DNA of 64,000 nt from an uncultured Bacilli bacterium (GTDB lineage Bacteria > Bacillota_I > Bacilli_A > RFN20 > CAG-826), in the NCBI GenBank assembly GCA_944358865.1, contig CALVRV010000004.1:3759-67758 (forward strand), in the 5' to 3' direction. Below the pieces are notes generated by a model that worked only from the letters and a program-made list of their open reading frames with translations, was not told where the DNA came from and did not search any database. Each line of letters begins with the position of its first letter. Within the stretch, counting starts at the first letter, position 1. A program made the position numbers and the translations under genes. Shown piece by piece: positions 7,040-15,268 of the stretch.

Positions 7040-9774
7040 CTCATCCTTAGCTCCGCATATTTGCAATTAAATCCTTTAGAATTTATTTTAGAATTACGTA
7101 AAAATTTATTAAGTGCGATTGGCAATATAACAAGCAATATCCATGTAATTGAGAAATTAGATAAAACTACGATTGAAAATGATAGTACACTGCCGAATAG
7201 GTGATTATATAAGATAACAAGTGGGATTTTACAAATCGCAGCAATTCCAAATACTATAGCTTGATATTTAACAAGTCCAAGACCATTTGCAACAATTTGC
7301 TGTGATAAAAGTATACAGGTTATAATATCATTGATACAGAAAATAATTACTATGTACCATGATACATCTGGCGCACTGTTACCTAACCAAATTTCAAATA
7401 TAAATGGCATCATAACAGATATTAAAACAATTATAAAGCATGTAAAAATACTTGCATATGTTAATATTTTTCTAAGTTTATTAACTTTTTCCATGTCATT
7501 ATTTGCGTAAGCTCTAGCAATTGCAACCCAAAATGGTGGTTGAAAAACACTTGCAAAACCAGAAGTAATAAAATTGAATATTTTATAATAATATGAATAC
7601 TGAGTAACTAAAGCAGTGTCTCCAAAGATAAAAGTGATTATATAATCATTCATTCCAGTTAAAAATAAATTTGAAATTTGAACAATAAAAAACACAACAT
7701 TTAATCCAATTAAACTTTTGATAATCTTCCAGTGCGTGTTATTCTTTTTAAAATCTGGTTTGCATAGAGGAAGACGTCTTGAAAAAACATAATATGTCGC
7801 AATAAAAAGTGGCAACAATGTAGCAACAAAATACATGCAAGCTAAAATTATAAATTTGTCAGAAAAACTTACCAAACTACCTACTATCGCAAAAATAAGC
7901 AAAATAACATTAGAAATCAAAGTTAAAGAACCTCCAATAGCGGATTCTCCAATTGAATCAAGTATAGGAACAATAGTTCTAAATACAAATTGTAAACATA
8001 CTGTAATAAAAACTATAAAAATTGTAATAGATAAATCAAATCTACTAATAACATTGGTTCCAATATTATATATGTCGTCATTCCAATTTAATGTAAAAGC
8101 TAGAATGCTTAAAATAATTAGCAGGACTCCTGATACAATAGTAGAAAAACTATATGTTGCAGAAATATATTCCTTAGCTTGGTTTAAATTTTTCTGTTGT
8201 AAAGAAATAGATAATTTTGTTCTCAAGCCATTAGAAAATCCAAAATCAAAAATGGTTATAAAACTTAAAACAGATATTATTGTTAACCACACACCATAAT
8301 ATGTATCATTCCCAAAGTAAAGTGAGTAAATAGGTATTGTAATTAAACCAACAATTAAAGAAATAATTTTAACAATAAAAGATAAACCAACATTTTTTGA
8401 AACTGAATTATTGTCGCCAAGAATTTTCCCAATTGTAGAATCAGAATAACTAGTCATCAAATTTTGCTTATTTTCCCATTTAAACTTAATTGAATCAAAA
8501 GTGAACATTAAAATAAAGGCAAACGAAATAAAAATATTTACCTGGTTTTCTTTTTCAAAAAGAGCAAGTATAAAACATGTTAGAAATAACTTTCCAGGCC
8601 ACGATATATCTTTTCGAAAAAAAGGCGCAATTGCTAAAATAATTACAAAAAATATAAAGAATATACCAAATCCGCTTAAAAAATATCCTATCGTAGATGT
8701 AGCTGCATCAACCTGACCATTAGAAATTTCATAATATATTCCATTAGCAGAAACAGGTCCTACACCTAAAAATGGTGATCTAATCATAACTTGTAAATGA
8801 TAAAATAAAGAATTTAATCTTGTAATCAATGAAAAAGAACCGCCAAATATTTTATCTTGGTAATACCATAAAGAAAATCCTAAAAACACTACACCAATAG
8901 CAGCGCCAATTATTAATAGGTACTTTTTAATATCTGGTTGTTTAATTTCAAAAAACGAAAAATAAATTATAAACGGAACAATAAGAAACGCTGCCGTTGA
9001 AAATGTTGTTAAGAGTGAAATAACAAAAAGGATACACCTATAGTAATTTTTTTCTTCTTTTAAAAAAAACAATTCAAATACTAGACCTATTAATATAATA
9101 GTGCCAAAAACTCCAGGTTCCCAAAATATAGCCATATTTCTATCAGAAGCTGATGCTGCTAAAGTTCCTGGCAAACCATTTCCAAAATCATAAAATAAAA
9201 ATAAATAGTTTTGTATAATATAATTTTGTTGTATATCTAATTGCGTTCCATAAACATAATTTGTATTAAATAGCAAAAAATAAAAAATTAAAGATACTAC
9301 ACAAATAATTGAAAGAACATTAACAAAAAACCGCCCGAATTCTTTAAAAGTTGTCGATTTGCACAGCATATAAGAAGAAAAGATCATAACAATAAAGTTT
9401 ATATAACTATATACATTTAATGGCTTATCGCTGCACAATATAAAAGATAATAAAACAATAAAAGAAAAAAACAAAACAAATACAAAAGAAAATGATGGCC
9501 GATATGTTTTTTGCTTTATAGAATTAAAAGTAGTTTTTAATTGTGAAATAAAATTATGTCTTGATAAAAATAGTATTATCAAAAGCAATACCATTAATCC
9601 TAAAATTATTATTTTATATCTAGTGCTGTCTAAATCAACTATGAACCTAGAACCTGATTCTAATAAAATTGAAAGACATAACAAAACAATAAAAATTATT
9701 TTGCTAAAACGAATTTTAGATTTAAATAATTTTGTATATAAATAGTTAATATTATCTTTAAAAGTTATTTGCAT
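7036..9774 (-). CDS. Polytopic membrane protein: N-terminal O-antigen polymerase/ligase-like (Wzy-type) half fused to a C-terminal MOP-family flippase (Wzx-type) half
   Basis: 912 aa, hydrophobic throughout. The N-terminal half contains DRNMAIFWEPGVFGTIILIGL, a Wzy/O-antigen-ligase-like loop. From about aa 440 the Wzx-like start appears (VGLSFIVKIISLIVGLITIPIYSLYFGNDTYYGVWLTIISVLSFITIFDFGFSNGLRTKL). I saw no stop or strong internal SD between the halves. Confidence 0.55.
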   Translation of the reverse strand: MQITFKDNINYLYTKLFKSKIRFSKIIFIVLLCLSILLESGSRFIVDLDSTRYKIIILGLMVLLLIILFLSRHNFISQLKTTFNSIKQKTYRPSFSFVFVLFFSFIVLLSFILCSDKPLNVYSYINFIVMIFSSYMLCKSTTFKEFGRFFVNVLSIICVVSLIFYFLLFNTNYVYGTQLDIQQNYIIQNYLFLFYDFGNGLPGTLAASASDRNMAIFWEPGVFGTIILIGLVFELFFLKEEKNYYRCILFVISLLTTFSTAAFLIVPFIIYFSFFEIKQPDIKKYLLIIGAAIGVVFLGFSLWYYQDKIFGGSFSLITRLNSLFYHLQVMIRSPFLGVGPVSANGIYYEISNGQVDAATSTIGYFLSGFGIFFIFFVIILAIAPFFRKDISWPGKLFLTCFILALFEKENQVNIFISFAFILMFTFDSIKFKWENKQNLMTSYSDSTIGKILGDNNSVSKNVGLSFIVKIISLIVGLITIPIYSLYFGNDTYYGVWLTIISVLSFITIFDFGFSNGLRTKLSISLQQKNLNQAKEYISATYSFSTIVSGVLLIILSILAFTLNWNDDIYNIGTNVISRFDLSITIFIVFITVCLQFVFRTIVPILDSIGESAIGGSLTLISNVILLIFAIVGSLVSFSDKFIILACMYFVATLLPLFIATYYVFSRRLPLCKPDFKKNNTHWKIIKSLIGLNVVFFIVQISNLFLTGMNDYIITFIFGDTALVTQYSYYYKIFNFITSGFASVFQPPFWVAIARAYANNDMEKVNKLRKILTYASIFTCFIIVLISVMMPFIFEIWLGNSAPDVSWYIVIIFCINDIITCILLSQQIVANGLGLVKYQAIVFGIAAICKIPLVILYNHLFGSVLSFSIVVLSNFSITWILLVILPIALNKFLRNSKINSKGFNCKYAELRMR

Positions 9775-9868
9775 AGAGGTTATTTTACTTTTTTCATTTT
9801 ATTACTATGTCAAATTCAAGTCAAATAATAATGAGTTAAAATATATTTATATATTTTGCATGTTTTAT

Positions 9869-10936
9869 TTATATTATTGATTCCCAAATATCAAAAATGC
9901 ATTCCTCATTATATTTATCAATAATTTTTCTACAATTTAATGATATACATTCATACGTTTGTTTATTATCTTTTAATTTTGTTAAATATTCAAGTGCACA
10001 ATCAATGGTTTTATCATCAAAAATAAAACCATTAACCCCTGTTTCAATGATTTCATCTGCACCACTCCAATTCGTAGAAATAACAGGGACTCCATTAATC
10101 ATTGCTTCAATCATGGAATTTGGCATTCCTTCGTTTTTAGAACAAACAAGCATAGCAAATGTATCATTATAATAATTAAAAATATCTTTAACTTCTCCTA
10201 CAAAATGAACTTTTTGAGAAATGTTTAATTTTTTAGCTTGTTCGATCAATAAATTTGTATTATAAAAATTACTAGAATTATCTTTTCCAATAATATAAAA
10301 TTTAAAATTATTATATAATTTTAAAAATTTAGAAAAAATATTTAGCATCATATCTTGCCTTTTTTGATTAATTTCAATTCTTGCAACAGATATAATTCTT
10401 TTTGAATAAAAACCATTTATATTATTAGTTTTAGCTTTTGAAAAAGGATTGGAAATAATAATAATTTTATTTTTCAAAAATCTATCATAAGTATTTGCTT
10501 GAGCTTTTGTTTGGCAAACAATTTTGTTAACTCTATGTTTAAGAAAAATTAAACCTATTTTTGAAAATAAAGATAATTTATATGTATTTGTTCCCCTTAT
10601 TATTAGTTTGCAATTACGATTAAATAAAATACCAAGCGCAGAAATCAATCCGTATTTTATTCCAACGCCAATAACAGTATTAATATTATATTTTTTTACA
10701 ATTTTTCCTATTTTGCTAGAAAAATAAAAGATATGAAAATAACGATGTTTAAATGGCCTACTAATATCAATAATTTTTATTTGTTTATTAAATTTATAAA
10801 ATACACTATTAGAAAATAAAATAATTATATAAACTTCATATCCTATATTAGAAAAATGATTGGCTAATTTAGATACATTTCTTTCTGCACCACCACTAGA
10901 TAAAGAAGTTACAACAAAACAAATTCTTTTTTTCAT
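9869..10936 (-). CDS. Glycosyltransferase family 4
   Basis: 355 aa. The N-terminus has SLSSGGAERN, and the E-x7-E region NEGMPNSMIEAMINGVPVISTNWSGADEIIETGVNGFI is present. Confidence 0.8.
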   Translation of the reverse strand: MKKRICFVVTSLSSGGAERNVSKLANHFSNIGYEVYIIILFSNSVFYKFNKQIKIIDISRPFKHRYFHIFYFSSKIGKIVKKYNINTVIGVGIKYGLISALGILFNRNCKLIIRGTNTYKLSLFSKIGLIFLKHRVNKIVCQTKAQANTYDRFLKNKIIIISNPFSKAKTNNINGFYSKRIISVARIEINQKRQDMMLNIFSKFLKLYNNFKFYIIGKDNSSNFYNTNLLIEQAKKLNISQKVHFVGEVKDIFNYYNDTFAMLVCSKNEGMPNSMIEAMINGVPVISTNWSGADEIIETGVNGFIFDDKTIDCALEYLTKLKDNKQTYECISLNCRKIIDKYNEECIFDIWESII

Positions 10937-10944
10937 ACATATTT

Positions 10945-11832
10945 TTAATTTTCATCACCAAATTTAATATCTAGCACAATATGAACTTCGCGTTTTTCTA
11001 TTGGAGGCAATACCATATAATCATCTCCATATTGAGCTTTCAATAGATAATCATAATCTGTAAAAGATTCGTATAATTTTCCATTAAATTCATACAGAGA
11101 TAGATTATTTAAAATACTATTATCAACTAAATATTTATCAAAACCTATGACAGTATTAATAGCAAAATATTTACTATCTTTATTTTGATAAAAATATTTT
11201 AATAATTTTTTTCTAGAAAAAATATAAAAAGGCCTGCAAAAAAAGCCTAATATTCTTCTTTTTAAATAATAAAACCTAACATTTTTATTAATATGAAATA
11301 GTTTATCAGGGGTATATTTATATTCAAACGCTAATGTTCCTATATGAACTAAAAGATTAACTTTTTTACTTAACAATTTTCTTTTAAATTTATTTGTAGG
11401 AATTGGAAAAATAGGAAAAATATCAATAAATATTCCTTTTGGATTTGGATATTTTTCTGCTGTAAATTCAACAAAAGAAGTATTCTTTTTCATTATTTTT
11501 AAAGCAAAAAATGGGTTTTTATTATAATCATAAAAAATTCCTGCAAATTCGTATTTATTAGGATATTCTTTTTTTACAGCATCAATAATTTTTGGAAAAT
11601 CTTTTGCAAAAGCTACAACATCAATATCGTCATCCCATGGTATAAATCCTTTATGTCTAACTGCACCTAATAACGTACCATGCATAATATAAAATGGAAT
11701 ATTATATTTTTTACATACATTGTAGACATCATCAAAAATTAAAAATATTTCATTTTGTAATTTTTTTAAAACTTGATCGTCTAGCAAATATTCTTGTAGA
11801 TTTGCTGTCAAAATTTGCTTAGATGTTTTCAT
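10945..11832 (-). CDS. LicD-family phosphotransferase (transfers a phospho-alcohol such as glycerol-P, ribitol-P or choline-P onto glycan)
   Basis: 295 aa with the LicD signature MHGTLLGAVRHKGFIPWDDDIDV. It has an ATGA start/stop overlap with the upstream cytidylyltransferase. Confidence 0.8.
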   Translation of the reverse strand: MKTSKQILTANLQEYLLDDQVLKKLQNEIFLIFDDVYNVCKKYNIPFYIMHGTLLGAVRHKGFIPWDDDIDVVAFAKDFPKIIDAVKKEYPNKYEFAGIFYDYNKNPFFALKIMKKNTSFVEFTAEKYPNPKGIFIDIFPIFPIPTNKFKRKLLSKKVNLLVHIGTLAFEYKYTPDKLFHINKNVRFYYLKRRILGFFCRPFYIFSRKKLLKYFYQNKDSKYFAINTVIGFDKYLVDNSILNNLSLYEFNGKLYESFTDYDYLLKAQYGDDYMVLPPIEKREVHIVLDIKFGDEN

Positions 11833-12227
11833 AATTTAGTTTCTTTCTTTAAATTTTCCTTAATCGCAGTAGTTGAAACTTCCGGTGTTCTCTTCAAATA
11901 AATAACATTTACATATTTATTTAGATAGTCGAATTTCCCTTCCCAATCATCTCCGATAACAAAAGTATCAACATGATACTTTATAACATCGTCTATTTTT
12001 TGTTCCCAATTTTTTTCTGGAATAACTAAATCTACATACCTAATTGATTCAAGTAACATTTTTCTTTCTTCGTAAGAAAAATATGATTTTTTACCTTTTA
12101 TAGCATTAAATTCATCAGTAGATAGTCCAACAATCAAATAATCGCCTAACTGTTTAGCTCTTTTTAATAAATTTATATGCCCATAATGCAATAAATCAAA
12201 CGTTCCGTATGTAATAACTCTTTTCAT
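11829..12227 (-). CDS. tagD: Glycerol-3-phosphate cytidylyltransferase
   Basis: VITYGTFDLLHYGHINLLKRAKQLGDYLIVGLSTDEFN is the TagD/cytidylyltransferase HxGH signature. I placed the start at ATG 12227 (MKRVITYG, 132 aa, AAGGCGG SD). The 36 extra N-terminal residues in the ORF track have no support. Confidence 0.85.
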   Translation of the reverse strand: MKRVITYGTFDLLHYGHINLLKRAKQLGDYLIVGLSTDEFNAIKGKKSYFSYEERKMLLESIRYVDLVIPEKNWEQKIDDVIKYHVDTFVIGDDWEGKFDYLNKYVNVIYLKRTPEVSTTAIKENLKKETKL

Positions 12228-12438
12228 TTTCCGCCTTAATAAATTGTATATTAATTTCAGTTGTTTAACAATCCTAATTATCTTTAAAGATATCCGTATT
12301 GCTGCAATGTATGTAATCTTAAACATTTGACACATCTTTAAATCAATTTAAATGCAATTATAAAACTGCCCAAGATAAAACTGATTATCGTCTTATGCAT
12401 CGGTATTATAAATTTATTAAAATCAATACGTTTTTGTT

Positions 12439-12876
12439 TTATCCATATATAGCGAAATGTAAAATCAAATCTTTGTCTAATACGCATGGCTTTAAAAATT
12501 TATCTGAAAAACCAGAATCCTCATCAAAAGAAGTAGTAAAAAAAGTAAATGACCAATATCCATCTCCTTCTAAATATGGTAATTCATAATTTAGAGATGA
12601 TGCATTAAAATTATCAATATCTTCGTATGAAAGATTGTATCCTTTCTTAAATTTAATACTAGTTTTAGCTAATTCGTCATTTAAAAAATAATAACCATCA
12701 ATCTCATCATTTTCATCATATGAAAATCTTAAAAATGTATGTTGGACAAATGTTAAAGTCACTTGTACTTGTTGATTCGTATTATTTAAAGATTCGGAAT
12801 TAGTCAATCCTGAAGAACAAGCCGAAACTAAAGTTAATAATGCCACTAATACAAATATTGAAGACATTTTATTCAT
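12439..12876 (-). CDS. Putative lipoprotein
   Basis: 145 aa. The signal peptide MNKMSSIFVLVALLTLVSAC carries lipobox LVSA/C, and GAAGGA lies upstream of the ATG. Confidence 0.6.
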   Translation of the reverse strand: MNKMSSIFVLVALLTLVSACSSGLTNSESLNNTNQQVQVTLTFVQHTFLRFSYDENDEIDGYYFLNDELAKTSIKFKKGYNLSYEDIDNFNASSLNYELPYLEGDGYWSFTFFTTSFDEDSGFSDKFLKPCVLDKDLILHFAIYG

Positions 12877-13088
12877 TTAATAATTCCTTCTTTAATAATA
12901 TTTTAATCAATAAAAGATTATGTGTAAAACATATTAAATATATTTTTAAACGTGAAACATTACAAAATTAAATATGATTGTCATTGTTAATATAATCTAA
13001 ACTTCGTGATTTTCCGTGATACGAGGTTTAAACCCACAATACAAAATTATAATTTAATTTCTTATTTAATTTCATTTGATTTCAAATG

Positions 13089-13108
13089 GTGTTAATTAAC
13101 GAAGTTTA
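13089..13108 (+). repeat. 20-bp repeat copy A: GTGTTAATTAACGAAGTTTA (contains the palindrome GTTAATTAAC)
   Basis: 19/20 identical to copy B, which lies exactly 180 bp downstream. It ends in the motif ACGARGTTTA, also present at 13021-13030 (+) and 12998-13007 (-). Confidence 0.8.
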
Positions 13109-13268
13109 CTATTCAATAAAACTAAATAATTTAAAATTGAACTTGACGGTTAAAATTTGCCACAATCCACCGCAGGGAATAATTAAACCATATAGATAAA
13201 ACCAAGGCTTGTTGCTTGAGTTTTAAAACAAATCTAGTGTAAAGCATTTACTTATACAATTTTAATGA

Positions 13269-13288
13269 GTGTTAATTAACGAGGTTTA
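13269..13288 (+). repeat. 20-bp repeat copy B: GTGTTAATTAACGAGGTTTA
   Basis: See copy A. It lies 8 bp before direct-repeat copy 1. Confidence 0.8.
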
Positions 13289-13295
13289 TAAAATT

Positions 13296-13377
13296 TCTAT
13301 TTATCACATAAAATAAAAAAATCTGAATGCTTTATAGAAATTTCTAAGATTGCATCAGATATTTTTTAAAAATTTTG
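13296..13377. repeat. 82-bp direct repeat, copy 1 (contains a terminator-like long hairpin flanked by an A-run and a T-run)
   Basis: Aligned base by base with 15187-15268: 79/82 identical, no indels, constant offset 1891 bp. The hairpin arms are ATCTGAATGC / GCATCAGAT around an inner TAGAAATTTCTA palindrome, followed by TTTTTT. Confidence 0.9.
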
Positions 13378-13460
13378 CCTACATTCTACACTTTTAATAT
13401 AATGTTAAACCTTACAAAAACAACAACATGAACTTTTTGACTAAACTATTAATTAGTATT

Positions 13461-14831
13461 TTAATCTATGATTTCCCAATGACCAGTTTTATTTGAACCA
13501 ATCCTATAAATGAGTCCTTTATTTCGAAGCGAGTTAAGAGTTCTAGAAACTGTGCGCTCAGATAAATTAGTCTGCTCACTAATTTCTTTTCGAGTTAAAT
13601 TTCCATTTAACGATATAGCTTCTATTATTAGTTTTTCAGCCTTAGATAATGTATGGTCGTTTATTGTGCCATTTATTGTGCCATTTATTGTGCCATTTAT
13701 TGTGCCATTTACAGTGCCACTTACAGTGCCACCTTGGCCGAAACCAATCTTATCAAACGGGATAGTCACGGTTATTGTATTGGTAGAAAATTTATAGGCA
13801 CTCTTCCCATAAACTTTTACCACTTCTGGTACGCCATGTCCAGAACGTTCAACAATACGGCATGACTTAAATATATCCATCAAATCAGGATTAACAGGCT
13901 TTGAAATACCAGCTAAAAATTCTTCTTCAGTAAGACCATAAGGAAGACCGCCTTGCGATTCTATTTCCATCCTATCTTCAAAAATATAGATTTGTGGCGA
14001 AATATGCGTATCCCATAAGTTGTGGACACAGGCGTTGATCCAGGCTTCCTCAAACGCTTTGTTATCAAACATTCTTTTTTCTTTGCGAGGTCTGCTGCTC
14101 ACATCAACATAGGTCGGATTGATTGCCTCACAATAATTTATTGCATCCTTGTATGCTTGTATTAGTGACTTATTACCATATTCGTTGCGCATCAAATATT
14201 CAGTTTTATCTTTACCTTTAAAAACACAAACTGCAATTGAAATTCTATTTTCATCTGATAACAAATTCGCTAGTAAGTTGTATCTTCCGTCGCTTGTTAC
14301 AAGATTAAAATTATTAAGGAAAGTATCATCATTAATATGAACATCATTTAAACGAAGTTTATCCCTTAAAGTTTCAAATTTTAAATCGGTTCTATTAATA
14401 GGTATTTCACTTAATAAGGTGCGTTTATAATTTAAGGAGGCGATGAATCTTCTGTCAATCTCTTCTTCGCTCATTGGTGTTGAAGATGTTCCATCTCTAT
14501 AAAAACATCCCGTTGCACTTCTTCCTTCTTTCTTAATGTAATAGAGTTTGGTTCCTTTAGTTACTTTGACAGTAACAATAGTTTTATCATCTTCAAGTAA
14601 CGAACCTATTTCACACAAGCCTTCTGTTGATGGAAGAATCTGATCTCTAATAATGTCTCTTATTTCTCTCATTGTTTTATCGACATTGGTTATACCTACA
14701 ACTTCACCATTATCATCAACACCAATATATATAATTCCATTTCTAGTATTTAAAAAAGCAACGACTTCTTTTGCAAAATCTTTTGTTAATGTTCTTTTAA
14801 GTTCTATAGTTTCAGATTCTTGAAATGTCAT
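13461..14831 (-). CDS. AlbA_2/Schlafen-like (divergent AAA) domain protein with a central HATPase_c_4-like region, a Gly-Thr-Asn repeat linker and a C-terminal winged-HTH. Usually annotated as 'putative DNA-binding/ATP-dependent helicase RecG-related transcriptional regulator'.
   Basis: The N-terminus ESETIELKRTL...EVVAFLNTRNGIIYIGVDDNGEVVGI matches my memory of the AlbA_2 (PF04326) pattern. The middle has INACVHNLW...RMEIESQGGLP, which is HATPase_c_4-like. The C-terminus LTRKEISEQTNLSERTVSRTLNSLRNKGLIYRIG is a wHTH. AGGTG lies 8 nt before the ATG. Confidence 0.65.
   Translation of the reverse strand: MTFQESETIELKRTLTKDFAKEVVAFLNTRNGIIYIGVDDNGEVVGITNVDKTMREIRDIIRDQILPSTEGLCEIGSLLEDDKTIVTVKVTKGTKLYYIKKEGRSATGCFYRDGTSSTPMSEEEIDRRFIASLNYKRTLLSEIPINRTDLKFETLRDKLRLNDVHINDDTFLNNFNLVTSDGRYNLLANLLSDENRISIAVCVFKGKDKTEYLMRNEYGNKSLIQAYKDAINYCEAINPTYVDVSSRPRKEKRMFDNKAFEEAWINACVHNLWDTHISPQIYIFEDRMEIESQGGLPYGLTEEEFLAGISKPVNPDLMDIFKSCRIVERSGHGVPEVVKVYGKSAYKFSTNTITVTIPFDKIGFGQGGTVSGTVNGTINGTINGTINGTINDHTLSKAEKLIIEAISLNGNLTRKEISEQTNLSERTVSRTLNSLRNKGLIYRIGSNKTGHWEIID
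13663..13734 (-). repeat. In-frame 12-bp tandem repeat x6 (4 perfect ATTGTGCCATTT units plus 2 diverged) encoding GTVS-GTVN-(GTIN)x4
   Basis: Read directly. The units start at 13663, 13675, 13687, 13699 (identical) and at 13711, 13723 (ACAGTGCCACTT / ACAGTGCCACCT). Confidence 0.9.
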
Positions 14832-14931
14832 TATAAAAACACCTGCTTTCTTGCCTATGTTTATTATAACTAAAAATCGCTTATTTTTCCATATCTTAGA
14901 GAAATTTAAAATCGCAAAAAAAGCTAATGAA

Positions 14932-15132
14932 TTACTCCTCAGGATTTATCATTATCTCAAACCATTTATAAGGCTTGAATGTTATTGATTTATCTTTATT
15001 AACCACTGCTTTTTCTAGGTTGAAATTAAATATTCCATCATCTAATTGAAACAATACTTGCTCATTTTTTAAAGTTTTGAGAAATGAATTAATATTGCAT
15101 TCATCATCTATCTTCTTTTTTTGACTAATCAT
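14932..15132 (-). CDS. Hypothetical 66-aa protein, first gene inside the repeat-bounded islet
   Basis: ATG at 15132, co-directional with and 100 bp upstream of the AlbA_2-like gene. No family recognised and the SD is weak. Confidence 0.35.
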   Translation of the reverse strand: MISQKKKIDDECNINSFLKTLKNEQVLFQLDDGIFNFNLEKAVVNKDKSITFKPYKWFEIMINPEE

Positions 15133-15186
15133 ATTTTTATCTTCACTATGTTATTAAGTTGCTACACAGCGTTATTTTAATAAGCA

Positions 15187-15268
15187 TCTATTTGTCACAT
15201 AAAATAAAAAAATCAGAATGCTTTATAGAAATTTCTAAGATTGCATCAGATATTTTTTAACAATTTTG
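15187..15268. repeat. 82-bp direct repeat, copy 2 (abuts and overlaps by 2 nt the 3' CCA end of tRNA-Ala)
   Basis: 79/82 identical to 13296-13377. One mismatch (A for T at 15215) weakens the hairpin stem in this copy. Confidence 0.9.

Noticed and set aside
12228-12335. 36-aa N-terminal extension of tagD in the ORF track, and the plus-strand ORF 12395..12589
   Set aside because: TagD-family proteins are about 130 aa and begin at the MKRVITYG-type sequence. ATG 12227 has an SD, and the extension has no homology-like features. The ORF at 12395..12589 is antisense to the lipoprotein gene.
12998-13288. Possible mini-CRISPR array or type III toxin-antitoxin RNA repeats
   Set aside because: There are only two long (20-bp) copies, 180 bp apart, plus short 10-bp motif copies in mixed orientation. 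There is no regular repeat-spacer periodicity, no cas genes and no adjacent toxin-like ORF.
13510-13865. Plus-strand ORFs 13510..13797 and 13653..13865, with striking repeats (IVPFIVPF..., YCAIYCAI...)
   Set aside because: The repeats are simply the other reading frames of the 12-bp tandem repeat inside the 456-aa minus-strand gene. They are not independent genes.
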